Part shown: one piece after another, positions 23,453 through 27,866 of the stretch
Numbering within the stretch: position 1 is the first letter of the stretch
How the letters are laid out: each line of letters starts with the position of its first letter
IMG/VR virus record: IMGVR_UViG_3300008262_000828
Location: 1 to 27,866 of that record
Length of the DNA: 27,866 nucleotides
Direction: 5' to 3' (one strand)
DNA from: a virus
Taxonomy: Duplodnaviria; Caudoviricetes
Position numbers and translations under genes: made by a program
Notes under the pieces: model-generated
Told to the model about the DNA's origin: nothing
What the model saw: the letters and a program-made list of their open reading frames with translations, nothing else
Database searches by the model: none

Positions 23453-23816
23453 ATGAAGTTTGATACAACAATGATCCCACAGATGGATCGCTATTTTGTT
23501 GGCGCCCGTTGCTGGTTTCGGTAAGTCAGAGATTGATATTGAATTGCAAGAAGGCAAGTTGTCTATCCATGGAAAGTGCGACTCGCCTGAATCTACTGAA
23601 TATCTTTATAAGGGAATTGCCGAGCGAGGATTCAAACGCGAATTCACTCTCGCTGATAACGTTGAAGTAAAGAGTTCTTCTCTCGTTAATGGCATGCTGA
23701 AGATTTGGTTGGAAGCATTTATTCCAGAAGAAAAAAAGCCGAAGAAGGTAGAAATTAACGACGAAGAATATCCGTCGCAAGCTGCCGAATTCTTGGCAGA
23801 AGGTAAAACCAAGTAA
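23453..23816 (+). pseudogene. hsp20: Small heat-shock protein Hsp20, frameshifted with an internal deletion
   Basis: RBS-preceded MKFDTTMIPQMDRYFVG stops at 23524; the alpha-crystallin part (VAGF...YLYKGIA.R.F.R.F.LA...NGML.I.L...PEEKKPK) is in another frame; the usual YPPYNI segment is absent. Confidence 0.8.
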
Positions 23817-23819
23817 AAA

Positions 23820-23843
23820 GAAGGGGACCTTTCGGTCCCCTTC
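23820..23843. terminator. GC-rich hairpin terminator
   Basis: GAAGGGGACC-TTTC-GGTCCCCTTC; the upstream A-tract gives a U-tract on the minus strand. Confidence 0.8.
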
Positions 23844-23853
23844 AATTTATGGG

Positions 23854-24375
23854 ATGATAATTATGGTAAAAATAGTAGATAATTTTTTATCAGAAGAACT
23901 TTACCAAAACTGTTATGACTCTGCGGCAAAGATTTATGGAGCTGGAGATAATGTGTTTTTTACTAATGCAAATTGGCCGTATGAAATTGTAAAAGATAGC
24001 TATCCAGTTTTATGTCATAACATCTATAGAGATAGTTCTTTATTTGAAAATATCTACAATAGTACAATGAACTATGGATATCGACCGGTAGAAGGAGGAT
24101 CTATCTTATTCTACTTTTGGACCGCACATAGCTATATTCCCTGGCATACTGACACAGATAGACAACAGGCAGCTATCACTGTATATTTAAATCCTGAATG
24201 GGACCGCGATTATGGCGGATACTTTATGTACGAGGATCGTGCAGAGATCAAAGCCATCTTACCTAAAAGAAATCGTGCAGTGATCAACGACCTAGGTCAC
24301 GAACACTGCACGACTCCTGTGCATCCTAACGGTAAACTGAGAGTTACTCTTCAGATATTCTGTAACAAGATTTAG
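23854..24375 (+). CDS. 2OG-Fe(II) oxygenase
   Basis: IPWHTD...ITVYLN..W...GG...P..NR.V.....H...P....R.TLQ. Confidence 0.88.
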   Translation: MIIMVKIVDNFLSEELYQNCYDSAAKIYGAGDNVFFTNANWPYEIVKDSYPVLCHNIYRDSSLFENIYNSTMNYGYRPVEGGSILFYFWTAHSYIPWHTDTDRQQAAITVYLNPEWDRDYGGYFMYEDRAEIKAILPKRNRAVINDLGHEHCTTPVHPNGKLRVTLQIFCNKI

Positions 24376-25553
24376 CCCCAGTTGGCATACTGCTTCGTCT
24401 TCTTCAGACGATCGTCAAGACCGTGTGTACCGCCATTCACTCGCTTCGAGATTTGAGTGATCACAGCATCGGTTACACCCTTATCTGCAATTGCAAGCAA
24501 TCCATTCTTACGGAAGAACCATAATGCAGACTCAAAAGCCAACTCACCAACCACAAGATCAGGATTCTTCAAGACGTCAGGACGTTTTACGTCAGCGGCA
24601 AAAGCTGTATAGTTGTCTTTCCCGGTCAGTTGGATCGGGCCTCGACCACGCCACTTCCAACCATCTCCAGAGGCTTCTGAACCGTTCCCCATCCGATTAG
24701 CGTAAACCTTATTAGCGATCTTTTCTGGCTTACGTGCATAACCTGCAGTCGAAGCGATCGTAGGAAAATACTTCTTGAAGATGCCGTTAAGTCCCTTATC
24801 TGAGTAGTTCAGGTTTTCAGAGAATACCTTAAAGCCACCTGACTCGTGAGCACACTGACCAAAGAAGTGCGCAGCTTGGTTGTTAGTCAGTTTGAAATAA
24901 TCTCTGGCTGCCTTATAAGTGCCAGGTCCCCATTTACCGTCGGCAGTAATGCCACATTTGGTTTGGAGTGCAGCTAATGGACCAAGTCCTGCAGCTACTG
25001 GTTTTGCTTGTGTGACAGAGTCAGTGATCTGTGAGTTGATTGCCTTGATGGTAGGTGCACCAGCTGCCTTTGTTGTCGACGGATCAAAGTCAGCAACAGT
25101 AGTATACACTGTACCACCTGCCTTCGACTTCGTGGCGATCATGCGCATCTTACGATTGCCTCCGCCCTTCTTAATCGAAGCGTGAACCCAACCAGAATTC
25201 TTATCACCCTTTGTGTAGAACTCGAGAATCACTTGGTCGAATTCAAGGTTGTCACCGATCCAGTCAGCAACTACTTTGTTGTCAATACCAGGAATTTCGA
25301 AGTCGATTGCTTGGCCGTTGACGTGTTGTGATGTCTTCGATCCGCCAACTGCCTTGTTCACCAGCGGTGCACGATAAGACGAGTTGATCTGAACAGGTTT
25401 GCCAAAGTGATTACGTACTGGTTCGAGAATCTTCTCGCAGCAGTAACGCATGTTCTCGATATGTTCTGGAGTTGGGGTATTGCTGAGTCCAAGTCTTTTT
25501 GCAGTAGGAGAAACAATCATCTCTGCCAAAGAAAAATGTTCAGTTAGTTTCAT
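24372..25553 (-). CDS. Endolysin: peptidase M15A, peptidoglycan-binding motif and GH19 domain
   Basis: SSYR...N..VGG...SQH..G.A.D...WVH; LQ...G...DG.WGP.T; AHFFGQCAHESGGF..ENLNYS...RGRGPIQLTGK.NY...VNGG..GL.DR. Confidence 0.92.
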   Translation of the reverse strand: MKLTEHFSLAEMIVSPTAKRLGLSNTPTPEHIENMRYCCEKILEPVRNHFGKPVQINSSYRAPLVNKAVGGSKTSQHVNGQAIDFEIPGIDNKVVADWIGDNLEFDQVILEFYTKGDKNSGWVHASIKKGGGNRKMRMIATKSKAGGTVYTTVADFDPSTTKAAGAPTIKAINSQITDSVTQAKPVAAGLGPLAALQTKCGITADGKWGPGTYKAARDYFKLTNNQAAHFFGQCAHESGGFKVFSENLNYSDKGLNGIFKKYFPTIASTAGYARKPEKIANKVYANRMGNGSEASGDGWKWRGRGPIQLTGKDNYTAFAADVKRPDVLKNPDLVVGELAFESALWFFRKNGLLAIADKGVTDAVITQISKRVNGGTHGLDDRLKKTKQYANWG

Positions 25554-25570
25554 TTTTATCGCCTTTACTA

Positions 25571-25599
25571 TGTACTTTATTTGGGGTTTAGAGTATAAC
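25571..25599 (+). promoter_or_regulatory. Promoter upstream of gp43
   Basis: TGTACT-17-TATAAC. Confidence 0.55.
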
Positions 25600-25628
25600 T
25601 AATAATGCGGCCAGATACTGGAGATCCA

Positions 25629-27866
25629 ATGAATTTTTATACAAATGTCACTCGTCATCGTAATCAAATTTTAGTACGTGGAATATCGGACGGCAAACCA
25701 GTCAAGTTTTCTGTTAAATACAAACCTTATTTATTCGTTCAAGCAAGTGCACAAACCGAACATAAGAACCTGAAAGGTGAATATGTAGGCAAGATGCAAT
25801 TCGATTCCATGTCCGAGACGCGAGAGTTTCTGCAGAGTTACGAGAACGTGGCAGGCATGAACATCTATGGCCTCTCTGATTGGCCTTACATGTATATTTA
25901 TGACAAGTATAAGGGTGAGATCAAGTATGATCCCGCTCTCGTTTCAGTTTGTTCGATCGATATCGAGACCAGCATTGAAGGCGGTTTTCCTGATATCGAG
26001 AAGGCAGACAATGAAATCACGGCTATTACCATCGGCCGCAATGGTAGAAAGACTACGTTTGGTTGCGGTGAATATAAGGAGCATCAAGACAATGTACAAT
26101 ATTACAAATGCGCAGACGAGTCTGCACTCTTACTCGCCTTTCTCGAAGTCTGGAACGGATCACTCTATTCGCCTGACGTTGTCACAGGCTGGAACATCGA
26201 GTTCTTCGATATCCCATATCTTGTCAACAGGATTCGAAAAGTTCTTGGATCTGATCACGCTGAACGCCTCTCTCCCTGGAAAATGCTACGTGAATACAAA
26301 GTTAACAGCCGTGGACGAGACTGTATATGCTACGCGCCTATCGGTATCGCAGTCCTCGATTACATCCAGCTCTACAGGAAGTTTACGTACACAGAGCAGG
26401 AATCTTACCGACTTGACTACATCGCTCAAGTTGAGCTCGGCGAAGGAAAGCTTGACTACCGCGATGAAGGTTATACCGACCTCGACGACCTTCGGCTAAG
26501 AAACTTTCAACTCTACATCGAATACAACGTTCGAGATGTGGAGATCGTCGAGCGTCTCGAAGATAAGCTAAAGTTGATCGAGTTGGTCTATGCTTTGGCT
26601 TATGACGCAAAAGTAAACTATGAAGATACCATGACGACTGTGAAACAGTGGGACGTGATCACTCACAACTACTTGCTCGATCGCAATATCGTGGTTCCTC
26701 TTAACGATAAGAACAAGCCCGACCGAGCCTTTGTAGGTGGATACGTCAAAGATCCGAAGGTCGGCATGAGTAAATGGGTTGTGTCGTTCGATCTTAACTC
26801 CCTTTATCCTCACCTTATTATGCAGTACAACATCTCGCCCGAGACTCTTGTTACACGCTTGAAAGATAAGGTGTCGATCGACGACCTACTTGTTGGTGGC
26901 GCTAGTCAGTTCGGTGACTATCTTAATAAAACGAACTGCACTATCGCCGCCAACCTTTGTATCTATACAAAAGAAAAGCGTGGCTTCTTGCCATCGATTA
27001 TGGATCGTATGTATGATGATCGTACGAAGTACAAGAAGCAGATGATCGAGTGCAAGAAGGAATACGAGAAGACGAAGGATCCAAAGCTTGTCAAGGAAAT
27101 TGCACGTCTCGATAACATGCAGATGGCCAAGAAGATTCAGTTGAACTCGGCTTATGGTGCTCTCGGTAACAAGTGGTTCCGTTGGTTTGACGTGAACAAT
27201 GCCGAAGCCATCACCACCTCTGGTCAGCTCAGCATTCGTTGGATCGAGAACAAGATCAATGGTTATCTGAACAAGCTACTCAAGACAGAAAACTTTGACT
27301 ACGTATTGGCTTCTGATACCGACTCAGTGTATATCTCTCTCGAATACCTCGTCAAGAATGTATTCGGCGATGATGTTCCTGACACCAAGAAGGTGATACA
27401 ATACATCGATAAGATTTGTAAGGAACGTATCGAACCATTCATCGATCGTTCTTATCAAGAGCTTGCCGACTATATGCATGCTTACGATCAGAAGATGCAA
27501 ATGAAGCGAGAGAACATCGCCGACAAAGGCATCTGGAAAGCCAAGAAGATGTATATCCTCAATGTATGGAACTCTGAAGGCGTTGAGTATGAGAAGCCAA
27601 AGTTGAAGATGACAGGCATCGAAGCAGTTCGATCCTCGACTCCGACTGCATGCCGTGATGCCATTAAAAAGTCTCTCGAGATTATCATGGGTGGATCTGA
27701 ATCAGATCTTCAGAAGTATGTAGCCAATTTCAAGTCAGAGTTTTCCTCGCTTGGATTCGAAGACGTGGCCTTCACACGTGGTGTCAAAGACATCGAGAAA
27801 TATTGGGTAGGCGGTAGGTTCCAAAGCCAGACTCCTATCCATGTCCGTGGCTCTGTCGTCTACAAC
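25629..27866 (+). CDS. gp43: Family B DNA polymerase (3'-partial; absent from the ORF track because no stop falls in the window)
   Basis: GGAG RBS; MNFYTNV..., Exo I DIET, GWNIEFFDIPY, YNVRDV, SFDLNSLYP, KIQLNSAYG, ASDTDS. Confidence 0.98.
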   Translation, partial: MNFYTNVTRHRNQILVRGISDGKPVKFSVKYKPYLFVQASAQTEHKNLKGEYVGKMQFDSMSETREFLQSYENVAGMNIYGLSDWPYMYIYDKYKGEIKYDPALVSVCSIDIETSIEGGFPDIEKADNEITAITIGRNGRKTTFGCGEYKEHQDNVQYYKCADESALLLAFLEVWNGSLYSPDVVTGWNIEFFDIPYLVNRIRKVLGSDHAERLSPWKMLREYKVNSRGRDCICYAPIGIAVLDYIQLYRKFTYTEQESYRLDYIAQVELGEGKLDYRDEGYTDLDDLRLRNFQLYIEYNVRDVEIVERLEDKLKLIELVYALAYDAKVNYEDTMTTVKQWDVITHNYLLDRNIVVPLNDKNKPDRAFVGGYVKDPKVGMSKWVVSFDLNSLYPHLIMQYNISPETLVTRLKDKVSIDDLLVGGASQFGDYLNKTNCTIAANLCIYTKEKRGFLPSIMDRMYDDRTKYKKQMIECKKEYEKTKDPKLVKEIARLDNMQMAKKIQLNSAYGALGNKWFRWFDVNNAEAITTSGQLSIRWIENKINGYLNKLLKTENFDYVLASDTDSVYISLEYLVKNVFGDDVPDTKKVIQYIDKICKERIEPFIDRSYQELADYMHAYDQKMQMKRENIADKGIWKAKKMYILNVWNSEGVEYEKPKLKMTGIEAVRSSTPTACRDAIKKSLEIIMGGSESDLQKYVANFKSEFSSLGFEDVAFTRGVKDIEKYWVGGRFQSQTPIHVRGSVVYN

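Noticed and set aside
23496-23524. Programmed frameshift producing full-length Hsp20, or TTG 23496 as the real start
   Set aside because: No slippery site or RBS there, and a conserved segment is physically missing.
25867-26499. 210-aa plus-strand ORF
   Set aside because: Out-of-frame shadow inside gp43, whose real frame starts at 25629.

Overview
This window is a segment of a T4-like (Tevenvirus-type) myophage genome, probably infecting an alphaproteobacterium; a Sphingomonadales host is my inference. Core replication genes bracket it: gp44, gp62 and regA on the left, preceded by a partial GIY-YIG homing endonuclease, and gp43 DNA polymerase on the right, which is 3'-partial and missing from the ORF track. 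About 23 kb of accessory DNA lies between regA and gp43. It contains (i) small early genes behind a repeated sigma70-like promoter/stem-loop cassette; (ii) 25 CCA-ending tRNAs covering 19 amino acids, a broken tRNA-Thr-like gene, an HNH endonuclease and at least five structured non-tRNA RNAs; (iii) an 8-strand outer-membrane protein, a peroxiredoxin, three 2OG-Fe(II) oxygenases and a radical SAM/SPASM gene lacking its CxxxCxxC motif; (iv) a 7.3-kb operon behind a T4 late promoter encoding two holin/YvrJ-like membrane proteins, CsgF, CsgG, two curlin-repeat proteins, a FecR-domain protein and a CHASE2 class III adenylate cyclase; and (v) a cytidylyltransferase, dCMP deaminase, a frameshifted hsp20 with a ROSE-like leader, and a two-enzyme M15+GH19 endolysin. 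The operon in (iv) is the best candidate for an uncharacterised system: phage-encoded, curli-coupled trans-envelope cAMP signalling. All calls come from reading motifs by eye; no searches were run.
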